DNA of 61,267 nucleotides, the filler included, from Globobulimina sp. (Eukaryota): NCBI GenBank assembly GCA_003354225.1. It is 22 parts of 22 records of this genome, joined end to end, with 100 filler letters (N's around TTAATTAATTAA, not from the genome) between each part and the next. Parts side by side here need not be neighbours in the genome. Positions count along the whole stretch, not along the records: positions 41,851 to 44,539 come from PIVH01005340.1; positions 44,640 to 47,327 come from PIVH01005341.1; positions 47,428 to 50,115 come from PIVH01005342.1; positions 50,216 to 52,903 come from PIVH01005343.1; 18 more parts are not named here. One strand, 5' to 3'. The notes under the pieces are model-generated. The model was not told the DNA's origin. It made no database searches and saw only the letters and a list, made by a program, of their open reading frames with translations. Below, one piece after another: positions 42,673 through 53,003 of this stretch (the stretch's first letter is position 1; the number at the start of each line of letters is the position of its first letter). The translations under genes and the position numbers were made by a program.

Positions 42673-44423
42673 ATGTTTCATTGCCATCTCATTTCAAAAC
42701 TATTCCTCACATTTTTACAAATTACATCAAATGTCTATGCATACAATACAATACACGACAATTATCACAATACGTATTTTTCCGATGACAAACTAGAATC
42801 TCATACATTATATTTCAACGATTATAATTTCGATTGGTCCAAAGAAGCAGATTGGGACAAAATAAATATTTTAAATCACGACCATTTCCAACAAATCGAA
42901 GCATGCACATTTACCATCGCATCCATACAAAAACGAGTTTGTGTTCATAATAAACCAAATGGTGCATTTAAAATAAAATTCAAATCATTACCAAACACAC
43001 AAGAAACATCTGCGGCGCACTCACAATATGATAATATCGAATTAGATTGGCATAATGACGCGGATTGGAACACAATTACTCATAAAATATCTCATACCGA
43101 TGCAGCACAGCAATATCTATTAAATCATTATTATTATACACCATTTACACCAGAAATGAGAGAGACATTAACCAGTGATGCGAATGATAACTTTTTACAA
43201 CAAATGCAATCTGCAAAGCAGGCACCAAATGTAATGAAAAAGAAGGATAAAAACGGTATGAAAATGTATAACGTTTCTGTAATATCTTACTTTTTGAATA
43301 CTTGCAATTGTAAACAGCCAAACGTGATTTTATGCAACGACTACCAGCACAAATGGCGAAATTAAATAAAATTCTACAAAAGTTACCAGCTCAAATGCAG
43401 CAGAAATTAAGTAAAATTTTACAAAAGTTGCACACATTAAAACAGCAGGTACTCAAAAAGAAATCAGTTAAAAAACGTAGCAGATCACATAAAAAACGGA
43501 GGAGATCAGGTAAAAATCGCAAGAGAGCACGGAAAAAAGGTAGGAGAGCAGTTAAAAAAGGCAGGAAATCATACAAAAAACGTAGAAGATCAGGCAAAAA
43601 GCGTAGGAGATCGGGTAAAAACCGTAGGAGACGTCGACCAGTTAGAAATCTTAGGAGATCATACAGAAAACGTAGGGGGTCCAGAGGAGAGATGTTACGA
43701 TATTTAGAAGAACAAACTGTAACAAAAAATAATGAAGATATTATTCGTAAATCAAAGAAAAAAACAAAACGTTGGATGCGAAAAAATAAAAAAGAATATA
43801 AACGGATTGAGAAACGCATGAAAGCTGAAACTAAAAATATTGGCGCTGCAATTCATGCAATCAAGAAACGAAAAAAAAAGAAAAAAAAGACACGTAAAAA
43901 AATGACTGCAATGATACGTAAAATGAGAAAAAAACGTAGGCGAAAAAGAAAGGGAACAAATGGTTTATTGAAAAAGTTGCTGAGTGCACACATACAGTCT
44001 GAGAGAGATAATATATTACAAACACCGGGCAGTGGCGACTTGGGTGGGTTTAACGGAGATGCATTGATAGAAAAATGTGCGGCAATGAAAGGTGCGGAGA
44101 TTTGCACTAAATATGATAGGAAACATCATTTGCAGTTAACTGTACGTGTTGGCGCACAGAGAAAATTGAAATATTATCAAGATGATAAAAATCCATTGTC
44201 AATGATGACTGCGTCTGGAACGGGTATATATTTTTATATTTTTGTTTGGTATTTTTGTTAAATTGAAGAAAATATAGATAGGAATATGGAAACTGCAGCG
44301 AATGGAGATTTAACTAATTTAGATTATGAAGACGAGGATAGTTTTAATGGTCGAAGGTTATTTGATAAATATTATGATGATTATATGGATGAGATTTATG
44401 GAGAGGATGTTTATGAAAGTTAA
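42673..44423 (+). CDS. Secreted protein with a very basic Lys/Arg/Ser repeat block and an acidic Asp/Tyr tail (3 exons)
   Basis: Signal peptide ending VYA. Introns 43256-43317 and 44224-44277 both restore the frame. The last exon reads DRNMETAANGDLTNLDYEDEDSFNGRRLFDKYYDDYMDEIYGEDVYES*. Confidence 0.8.
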
Positions 44424-44795
44424 GTATTAATAAATCGATAATTATCTATAAAATTAATTATATTGCAACAAAAAGTGAGTGACTTTGTGGATATGTTTGA
44501 TTATTCGCTGTGGAAAGCGGACCGAATGGGTTGGCATAANNNNNNNNNNNNNNNNNNNNNNNNNNNNNNNNNNNNNNNNNNNNTTAATTAATTAANNNNN
44601 NNNNNNNNNNNNNNNNNNNNNNNNNNNNNNNNNNNNNNNTCAATGCAACAAGATATGAACAGCAAACAATTCATAAATCAATAATCGTCTTCATATTCAA
44701 AAAGAACAAGTTTTATTTATCCGTTATCAACAACATCAAAAAACCTGTCAGTGTGTAAAAAACCTGTCAGTGTGTAAAATATATTTATATTTCAG

Positions 44796-45398
44796 AGTGT
44801 CATTGGTGAATATCCATTATCTGTTCACTATGTCGACTATTTAATACAAGAAATAGGCGTCACTACTTTTATTTGTATGGTAGATTTAAAGCATGAAGTT
44901 AAGCGATATGGCGGTTTGACAAATTATTGGGACAAATGGATTATGAAAAATAAAAATTATAAAAACACTAATATGGAATTATTGACCTCTCCAATTTCGG
45001 ATTTTTCAGTGTCTGATGATAAAACAATGAGTGATTTTTTAATCCAAATCGTTAAACATATCACGAGTAATAACCACAAAATATATTATATGCATTGCAT
45101 GACAGGACATGGCAGAACCGGCCTTATCTCTGTCTTATTACTAATGTGTTTATATAAAATTGAATGGAACACAGCATTGGATTTATTGAAAAAATATCAT
45201 ACAAACAGGGATTGTAAAAATGGAAAATATTTTTATAATTCATGTTCGCATGCAATGTCAATCAAAGCTGACACATTTGATCCAAGAAAATATGGATTGC
45301 AAACATATTATCCAATGCCGCAGGAAAGCTCTCAATTTAGACAGATTCAAAAATTACAAAAGAGTATGCATCAAATACATGATTTTTATCAAAATTAA
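44796..45398 (+). CDS. Cys-based protein phosphatase (PTP/DSP fold)
   Basis: YMHCMTGHGRTG (CX5R), PISDFS general-acid loop and PQESSQ. The frame is open from the splice acceptor at 44795. Confidence 0.88.
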   Translation, partial: SVIGEYPLSVHYVDYLIQEIGVTTFICMVDLKHEVKRYGGLTNYWDKWIMKNKNYKNTNMELLTSPISDFSVSDDKTMSDFLIQIVKHITSNNHKIYYMHCMTGHGRTGLISVLLLMCLYKIEWNTALDLLKKYHTNRDCKNGKYFYNSCSHAMSIKADTFDPRKYGLQTYYPMPQESSQFRQIQKLQKSMHQIHDFYQN

Positions 45399-45489
45399 AA
45401 ATTTGTTTTTTGTACTGCATTCATGTATTAATTTCGTTTGTTTTTAGCTCAGAAACGGTTTTCTGGAAAGTTTTAATGCACTGCCAAAT

Positions 45490-46584
45490 ATGAACATTTT
45501 TTATCATTCTTTGTCAAAGACCTTAAAGCTAGAATCATCAGAAGAGAACACCCAAAGATGGACAAAATTAAACCAATTCCCTTTGGGTGGTATTACAAAT
45601 CCCGTTGCTATTAATAACAATGAATTCGTAGTGGCACCAGAAATGTTAAAGAATCAAAAACAAACGAGTTCACTCATTAAATATTCATCAATCAACAACA
45701 TATGGCAAAGGTTTATAAACTATCCGTTGGATATTGAGAAAACAACAGAACACACACTGGCATTTGATGAGATTCATAGAATATTATATATTCATAATCG
45801 ACAGCACGTGATTTTAAAATTTAATTTGAATACAAATGGGTCATTATCAATGAAAGTCAAATCAAAATATGATCCATTAAACGGATACATCGGCGCATCA
45901 GCAGTTGTATTGAATAACCAATTAAATATCATTGGTGGTTCACGCTGCCATTCACATTTGATATTTAATGAAAAAATGTCAGCATTCAGTTCTCCTCAAT
46001 ACTCATTTGGCGCTTTTGATACTGGATATTATGGACATTCATTAGCATATATTGGCAAAATAAGGAAAAATAAAAATAATATTTTATTATTTGGAGGATT
46101 TGATGCCAAACATTCAAAAAAATTGAGTTGCATTTATGAATTTGATGCAAGAGTTAAATTCTCAAAATGGAAAAAGTTATCATTGAAATTACCTAAACAG
46201 TTGGCGTTAATTTCAAATGTTGTGACTCAAAATGAAAAATATGTGTTGTTGTTTGGTGGCGAATTTGGTGCGTACGGCTATACGGACTCGATTTATGTTT
46301 ACGATGTGGATAAAAAGACAGTTTGTGAATCAATTATAAAATGTCCAAATAAGCAACATTGTTATGGTGCGGTTATATTATCGGATTTTAGTATCGGTGA
46401 CTCTGAATTGTTAATTTGTGGATATGTCAAAGAATTTGTTAAAATCAATGAGTTTCCTATGGATATTGTAACAGTGATTCAGTTGCTATTCAACGCAGAA
46501 TATGTACATTTAATACAAGCGAATAAGGGGTCCCATTGGAAAATGCTCGTCGCCGATATCATATCAAATGCTGTTCCTTTATAA
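45490..46584 (+). CDS. Kelch-type beta-propeller protein
   Basis: NIIGG, ILLFGG..IYEFD..W and VLLFGG..DSIYVYD repeats. Confidence 0.85.
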   Translation: MNIFYHSLSKTLKLESSEENTQRWTKLNQFPLGGITNPVAINNNEFVVAPEMLKNQKQTSSLIKYSSINNIWQRFINYPLDIEKTTEHTLAFDEIHRILYIHNRQHVILKFNLNTNGSLSMKVKSKYDPLNGYIGASAVVLNNQLNIIGGSRCHSHLIFNEKMSAFSSPQYSFGAFDTGYYGHSLAYIGKIRKNKNNILLFGGFDAKHSKKLSCIYEFDARVKFSKWKKLSLKLPKQLALISNVVTQNEKYVLLFGGEFGAYGYTDSIYVYDVDKKTVCESIIKCPNKQHCYGAVILSDFSIGDSELLICGYVKEFVKINEFPMDIVTVIQLLFNAEYVHLIQANKGSHWKMLVADIISNAVPL

Positions 46585-46794
46585 TTAGAATGCAAATGAT
46601 ATATTATATGACTAACTTTTTGATCCTATTTCGTTTCTGTTTGAATCTGTTGTGTTTTTGAAAGTATATAACAAATTACAATTGCATCCAATGGATTTCA
46701 ATTTCAACATAACAAACTAAATTGTCAAACCACGCATCTGGCATGCAATCCTCTTAAAGATAAGTTAAGGTTTGAAAAAACACTTAGTTGGACA

Positions 46795-47327
46795 ATGGGA
46801 AACAAACAAACAAACAAGAAAGCAAACGAGAAATCCCAATCTGAAGTATCAAGTGATGAAAAGACGAATGACGAAGACATACCAAAATCCTATGACACTT
46901 TGAAACGGCGGGACATATATCCAAAAGGACCCGACATTGATTTTACAATATTTAAAACAAACAAGAAAGCCAACACTGCAGTAGCTCAAAGCACGGGGAT
47001 TGATTTTACAATATTTAAAACAAACACAACACGATGTAATTGCAGTGTGTACGACGAGGAAATAATCAAAAATTGCGATCATTTATTACGGATAGCATAT
47101 GGCTTACGATATTATCAATTATTATGTGGTAAAAACTCAAATGCAAACTCAGAAGCAATATTTATCGCATTTTGTAGCAATGCATATTTAATGTGTTTGT
47201 CGGATTACATCCATTTAATGACAAAACATTGCGAGACTGAAACATTAAATAAAATTAGTACTGATTTAGCAAAATATGATAATATTGAAATATGTGCAAA
47301 TATGAATGACTGTAAATGGACAAAAAG
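46795..47327 (+). CDS. Myristoylated protein, N-terminus related to 8917-9417, 3' truncated
   Basis: MGN start. CDHLLRIAYGLRYY..LSDYIHLMTKH parallels CEHTAHLIEILKTY..LNDFNYFLEKH. Confidence 0.6.
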
Positions 47328-47427
47328 NNNNNNNNNNNNNNNNNNNNNNNNNNNNNNNNNNNNNNNNNNNNTTAATTAATTAANNNNNNNNNNNNNNNNN
47401 NNNNNNNNNNNNNNNNNNNNNNNNNNN

Positions 47428-48289
47428 AGACCAATATGATATCAATCTTGTAAAAGCACGCGATTTTCTGATGTTTCGCAAAAATAACAATAGATGGGTT
47501 GGTCATGCCGTCTGTCGTTATCGTGGCCATCTCACATTACATGCAGACTGCATAGCAACCCTCTTGGATGGAGTAAATTTAACACTTGGTACTGGTAATG
47601 GCACTCTTTTGGAAAGTCGCGGTATTTTGAATTGGTCAACAGCCTATCCGTTCAAAAAGACTCCGCCACACCCCCCATTAACCACGTGGGAAAAAATAGA
47701 AAAAGAGCAAGTCTCACTTAATCAGTTAGGAGCAACCCCTCTCCCTACTGAAGGCATATCAAACTCAAAAATGCTTTCTAAACTTACTCAATTATTTACT
47801 GATAACAAGGAGACATCAGCAGCAAACATTTCAGCTGAAGACCTCCAATCAAGAACAAAGGAACTTGCCAATATTTACGATATAGAAAATAACGAGCTTA
47901 TTTTTAAAGACAGCCCTAAATTCAATCCTGATTGCATCAGAATTCCCAATTCAGAAATCACCAGATATCAGGAGCCACAACTAAACACTTCCGCACAAGA
48001 AAACTCAAATCAGAAAAAAAATAGTGGAAGGGAAAATCAACTACATTCATTAATAGCTCACATTGTTGAATCTAACCCCAGCATTTCTGCATTGGATGCA
48101 TGGAGGGCAATCCGGCACGATGTCGAGTTAGATGACCCAATTTATGATAAAGACCAGATATTGATCACTGTGGATGCCGACGGCCTTTTGTGGCGAAGCC
48201 GAAACGGCCATGAGCAATCTTTCTCCTATATCTCCTTCAAATCTCGGTTTAGTCGAATAAAAAAACAACTCAACTCAATTAGTCAGTAA
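47428..48289 (+). CDS. Hypothetical element protein, probably 5' truncated
   Basis: Long ORF upstream of alpA; no clear domain. Confidence 0.7.
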
Positions 48290-48453
48290 AAATTCCGCTG
48301 TAGGAATCCACAATCTGATGGACATTTACTTCGTTTAACAAGAAAAAGTTGTCAGTAAGGTTGTCACTAAGAAAAAAAGTTGCCGCTAAGATTATCGGCC
48401 AAATTTGCCCGATATTGTAAGTGCATATCCCGCATAAATGGAGATGCACAATC

Positions 48454-48693
48454 ATGCAGCGCACTGCACCACAAGCCATCACCCCTCGCGCCCTGTCTGA
48501 ATTAGAGGCGGCCAAGTACATTGGCATGAGTCGCTCTTATTTAGCACAAGCCCGTATGGATGGGAATCGAGACAACCGAACCCCTGCCCCGCCCTTTATA
48601 AAGATTGGTCGTTCCGTTCGCTACCTTCGAGAAGATCTAGATCAGTGGCTTGATCATTTCTACAAACTTGAACATCTTGGGCAAGTAGGTTGA
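48454..48693 (+). CDS. alpA: AlpA/excisionase-like helix-turn-helix regulator
   Basis: LSELEAAKYIGMSRSYL..R..G....PPFIKIGRSVRYLREDLDQWL, with GGAG upstream of the ATG. Confidence 0.9.
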   Translation: MQRTAPQAITPRALSELEAAKYIGMSRSYLAQARMDGNRDNRTPAPPFIKIGRSVRYLREDLDQWLDHFYKLEHLGQVG

Positions 48694-49149
48694 AGATGGC
48701 AATCATGGTCTTGCTGCCTCACCAAAAAGCCTTGGTTTTGCGGCGCGCCTATCTCTGCCCTTATAAGGGGATTCCCTTTATAAGGGGAAAAAGATACGTT
48801 ATGCCCTTTATAAGGGGCAATGTAGCACAGCCTGTCTATGTTCGCGTAGTAGAGGGCGCCTCACTACCATGCCTCGAACCACATTCAGTAACCTATAGGT
48901 TACCACTCGCCTTTTGTATACCTATAGGTATCGCAGCTACCCTCAATCCAATCACCCCCCGAACCTATAGGTTGCCACTAACGTCATTTACCCGGTGCAA
49001 CACCGCATTGATTACATCGACACACAACCTATACACCCGGTGTAAAACGGTCTTGATCGCGTCAGCACACCGCATATATACCCGGTACAAATTGCACTCA
49101 CTACGTGATCAACACCCTATAGCCACTCCATTATTAACAGGGGCTTAAA

Positions 49150-50115
49150 ATGCAGTTGCTTAATGCCATCAATAGCCTGTCAGGGATTGGCACGAGAGAA
49201 TGCCCAAAATGGCGAGAGTCAATTCTCAGGCGCCACCATTCGATCAGTCACTATCTAGCCATAGGCTACAAACGGCGAGCTGATGAGCAAAATTACGTCA
49301 TAGCCAATCAATGGCTTGGAAGCTTAAGCCAACGGCTAAAACTTGGACATACTGGCCTATATCTGAACAGCTGCGTAGAAGAACTCAATGATTACTGCAA
49401 GGCAAAAGCCCATAAAACCGAGTTAGAGATTCATGAAACCGTTAATATGGTCGGTAAAGATCTCGCCCCGCTCATGCTGAAAAAATATATTGAATATGCG
49501 GGTGTAAAACTGCCTCTACCTGACAACTACAAAAAAGAAGATATTGTCCCAGCCCTTGCCAGAGCCTGCGATGAAAGGTGGTGGAGGCGTCAACTAAGAG
49601 ACAAACAATGGCGTGAAATGGAAGACTTTCTTAGAAAGGAAGGATTTGTTCATAAAAGCCAAGAAATCTATATCAGTGATTTCAGCCTGCAACGCCGTCT
49701 GACCCAAAAGAAGAAAAACCGCGAACTGCTTGAAAAGATGGAGGCTGAAAATGAAGAAGGCCAAACGTTCAGTCTTAGCGAATTAGCTGATCTGTCGCCG
49801 TCCAATCCCATTATCCGGCGCAATGAACTTATGGTTCGCCTGCGAGGTTTTGAAGACTTTGCCGATGAATCATCAGAAGGCTACATGGGAATATTTTATA
49901 CCCTCACCTGTCCCTCAAAATATCACGCTCGCTATCAACACGGTGTTGCGAACCCCAAATATAACGGAAGCACTCCGCAAGATAGCCACAATTATCTCAA
50001 TAATGTGTGGCAAAGGACTCGCTCGGCATGGCAACGCGAAGGCATTAAAACTTTTGGCATGCGAGTTGTTGAACCACACCACGACGGCACACCACACTGG
50101 CACCTTTTACTATTT
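49150..50115 (+). CDS. P2 gpA-like rolling-circle replication endonuclease, 3' truncated
   Basis: WWRRQL, NP.IRR.ELMVR.RGFE, FYTLTCPSKYH and RVVEPHHDGTPHWHLLLF (HUH motif). Confidence 0.93.
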
Positions 50116-50216
50116 NNNNNNNNNNNNNNNNNNNNNNNNNNNNNNNNNNNNNNNNNNNNTTAATTAATTAANNNNNNNNNNNNNNNNNNNNNNNNNNNNN
50201 NNNNNNNNNNNNNNNC

Positions 50217-52403
50217 AAATATCCCACCAAATCTCCCACCAAATCTCCCACCAAATCTCCTACTAAATCTCCAACACGCGATCCAACAATGCATCCAACA
50301 TTTGAGCCGACATTTGAGCCGACATTTGAGCCAACATTTGAGCCAACATTTGAGCCTACATATAATCCAACGACTGATCCTAGCATGACACCAACCAGAT
50401 ATCCAACATATAATCCCAGCACAGATCCAACGTCGCATCCCACTGCCACACCAAGCACAAGAGACGAAAGTACATCGCAATTGAAATTAAACCATACAAC
50501 GGGTGCGTGTAATTTTACATGTTGGCAATGTTTGCAACAGATAGATATTGTGAGTGGCGCGGCTGCCAATATATGGGATTTAACCTTTAGACAATCGGAG
50601 GACAGTGATTGTGTCTGTCCGCAAGAGCATGCCCAGACAGTGGACAATGAGACTGACACTGTTAATGTTGGTATTGCTAATTCCGACTATTATTTACAAA
50701 TTGAAAAGTATTCATACGACGAAGTTAAATATGGCATTCGATTGAATGTCATACAGTGGAGAAATGATACACAAAATTGCATGGTGACATACTTTGTGAA
50801 TGAAAATGAATTTTTTGGAATCCAGGCTCAAAATGTATTGACTATAATATTTGTTATTTGTGATTTAGACGCGAATGCCTTGACAAACCAAGCAATTGTC
50901 ACCGCAGAGTTGGATTTTAAAATGGAGTTTGCCACATTGTTTAATGTCAATGTGTCGCAGGTCAATGTAACAATTGCCGTTGGCGTTTATTGCGGAGATG
51001 ACTCAGATGAGGTACCTGGAGCTGCGAGAAGGCGATTGGGACAGAATGGCAATGATCAAGAAGTGACTGTGGTTATTGTGTTTGCAGACGCTGAAGACGC
51101 AAAAGCAGCGCAGCAACATGCATGTGATGCTAATATTGAGCAGTGCACTGTGCATGCCATGACTGAGTTGAATGCCACAGTACAAGATGGAGAGTCATCG
51201 TTGGCTTTATCCGCAGTGCAAATTGCCTTAATTGCGAGTGGAGTGTGTTTGTTTTTTGCGCTGCAGTCCGGCATTGCAGCTTATTGGTATTTTTCAAGTG
51301 AGAAAATGGCAGAAAAAATGCAATTGGAAAAATGGAGTAGGAACAGAAGAAAGTTGCAATTGTGTGCGAATAAGAGCGAAATGTTATCATTGTCCGCTAA
51401 ACGGATCAATGTGGTGATCGATGGTATGGATCTTGGCGAGATTGGGGTGTCAAAACGCATGGAGAATATCAACGGCAAAACATACGAGAATGAAGATGCG
51501 ATGATCGATGATGTTATCAATAATAATAAAGCCAACTTAATTTGCATGGATGATTTGTGGATGGAGAAACAAATCGGAAATGGTGAGTTTGGCGCGGTGT
51601 TTAGAGCCGTGTGGGAGGGCAATACTGTCGTAGTGAAACAGTTAAATTGCAGCAATGATATGGTCGCTAGACAGAAAGAGATGGAGTCCGAAATTGTATT
51701 GGCTTCATCGTTGCCGCGACATCAGAATTTGGTGGAGATTTTTGGTTACATCAAGGATCCATTTGGCGTGGTTATGAGTTATATGCCTGGCGATTCTGTA
51801 CAGAAATATGTGTATAGGAAATATAAAAAAGAGGCTGACGCAATACCAAATATGAGAGACTTATTGAAAATATTAAAAAAAGCTGCAGCGTGCTTGAAAC
51901 ATTTGCATAAATATGGCTTGATACATCGTGATATTGCCTGTAGAAATATATTGTTAGGGGACATTAAAAACAATCGAATTGAGGAAACTACAGAAGTCCG
52001 AATATCTGATTTTGGGCTGTGTAGACAGTTAAAATTACAAATGTCTGCACAAAACACACAGTCAAATTATGGTCCGTTGTTTTGGATGGCACCAGAATCA
52101 ATCCAACGGAATGAATACAGCAAAAAAACGGATGTTTATATGTTTGGGGTAACAATGTATGAGATATTCTATGGAATGGAACCGTATGTCAATATGAGTG
52201 CGGTGGAAGTTGGTATCAGTGTGGTTACAAAAGGAAATAGACCGAAAATAATGGATTCTCATAGAAATTATAGATTTACGGACATGCCGGATGCATATCG
52301 AAGTTTGATGGAATCGTGTTGGCATCAAAGAGCCACAAAACGACCTCTCTTTCGTCAAATAATTAATGATTTGCTTTTTATTGAATCGAATCATTATTAT
52401 TAA
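50217..52403 (+). CDS. Receptor kinase (TK/TKL-like) with PTxx mucin-like stalk, 5' truncated
   Basis: 12-nt PTKS/PTFE tandem repeats, TM IALIASGVCLFFAL, GNGEFG, HRDIACRNIL, DFG, GPLFWMAPES, DVYMFG and CW....KRP.F. Confidence 0.92.
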   Translation, partial: KYPTKSPTKSPTKSPTKSPTRDPTMHPTFEPTFEPTFEPTFEPTFEPTYNPTTDPSMTPTRYPTYNPSTDPTSHPTATPSTRDESTSQLKLNHTTGACNFTCWQCLQQIDIVSGAAANIWDLTFRQSEDSDCVCPQEHAQTVDNETDTVNVGIANSDYYLQIEKYSYDEVKYGIRLNVIQWRNDTQNCMVTYFVNENEFFGIQAQNVLTIIFVICDLDANALTNQAIVTAELDFKMEFATLFNVNVSQVNVTIAVGVYCGDDSDEVPGAARRRLGQNGNDQEVTVVIVFADAEDAKAAQQHACDANIEQCTVHAMTELNATVQDGESSLALSAVQIALIASGVCLFFALQSGIAAYWYFSSEKMAEKMQLEKWSRNRRKLQLCANKSEMLSLSAKRINVVIDGMDLGEIGVSKRMENINGKTYENEDAMIDDVINNNKANLICMDDLWMEKQIGNGEFGAVFRAVWEGNTVVVKQLNCSNDMVARQKEMESEIVLASSLPRHQNLVEIFGYIKDPFGVVMSYMPGDSVQKYVYRKYKKEADAIPNMRDLLKILKKAAACLKHLHKYGLIHRDIACRNILLGDIKNNRIEETTEVRISDFGLCRQLKLQMSAQNTQSNYGPLFWMAPESIQRNEYSKKTDVYMFGVTMYEIFYGMEPYVNMSAVEVGISVVTKGNRPKIMDSHRNYRFTDMPDAYRSLMESCWHQRATKRPLFRQIINDLLFIESNHYY

Positions 52404-52558
52404 TAAATATTGTTTTTTTCAATCAGCTTTAATATATATATATATTCTATTTTTTATCTTTTAAATTGTAGTATTTTTACATTTTGGGTTGAGAGGTTTT
52501 TAGAGTGAGTTGAGTTGAGTTTTTATAGCTAGCCATTTGATATTTGTACATTGTAACT

Positions 52559-52903
52559 ATGCTCCGAAATAATAGTAAGAATTCCAACTTCTTTTATGAC
52601 CTGCAATCACGTGAATATATAGCAAGTTTTGCGAATAAAAATTATAGAGACAACCGGCAATATCCATTACATTATGTACGTAGCATCTCGCCCATGATGG
52701 AATTAATCGGTCATAATGGTTGCGTGAATCGTTTGGATTGGAACGAGAATGGAGATTTATTAGCATCCGGTTCCGACGACACTACGGTGAAAATCTGGAA
52801 GCCATTCGATTATTATTACAACAATCACCATAACAAGAATAAAAATGTCGACAATGAGCATAAAAATAGAAATAAATTGGTGTGTAACATCCAAACCGAT
52901 CAT
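52559..52903 (+). CDS. WD40 protein (DCAF5/6/8/WDTC1-like), 3' truncated
   Basis: LIGHNGCVNRLDWNENGDLLASGSDDTTVKIW. Confidence 0.82.
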
Positions 52904-53003
52904 NNNNNNNNNNNNNNNNNNNNNNNNNNNNNNNNNNNNNNNNNNNNTTAATTAATTAANNNNNNNNNNNNNNNNNNNNNNNNNNNNNNNNNNNNNNNNN
53001 NNN

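Larger units (their letters stand above)
47428..50115 (+). mobile_element. Bacterial phage-satellite / integrative element fragment (whole contig)
   Basis: Intronless operon-like ORFs, less AT-rich than the other contigs, GGAG RBS before alpA, and AlpA plus P2-type Rep. Confidence 0.88.

Noticed and set aside
43391-44107. Antisense ORFs with LLRFLPD repeats
   Set aside because: Shadow of the Lys/Arg-rich repeat on the plus strand.
44748-44779. 19-nt tandem duplication AAAAAACCTGTCAGTGTGT
   Set aside because: Simple slippage duplication in an intron or intergenic segment.
47327-50216. Bacterial element as an HGT insertion into the eukaryote genome
   Set aside because: It occupies a whole contig between artificial linkers, and no eukaryote-bacterium junction is present.
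50168-50659. Antisense VGSN/VGDL repeat ORFs
   Set aside because: Reverse-strand shadows of the PTxx 12-nt repeats.
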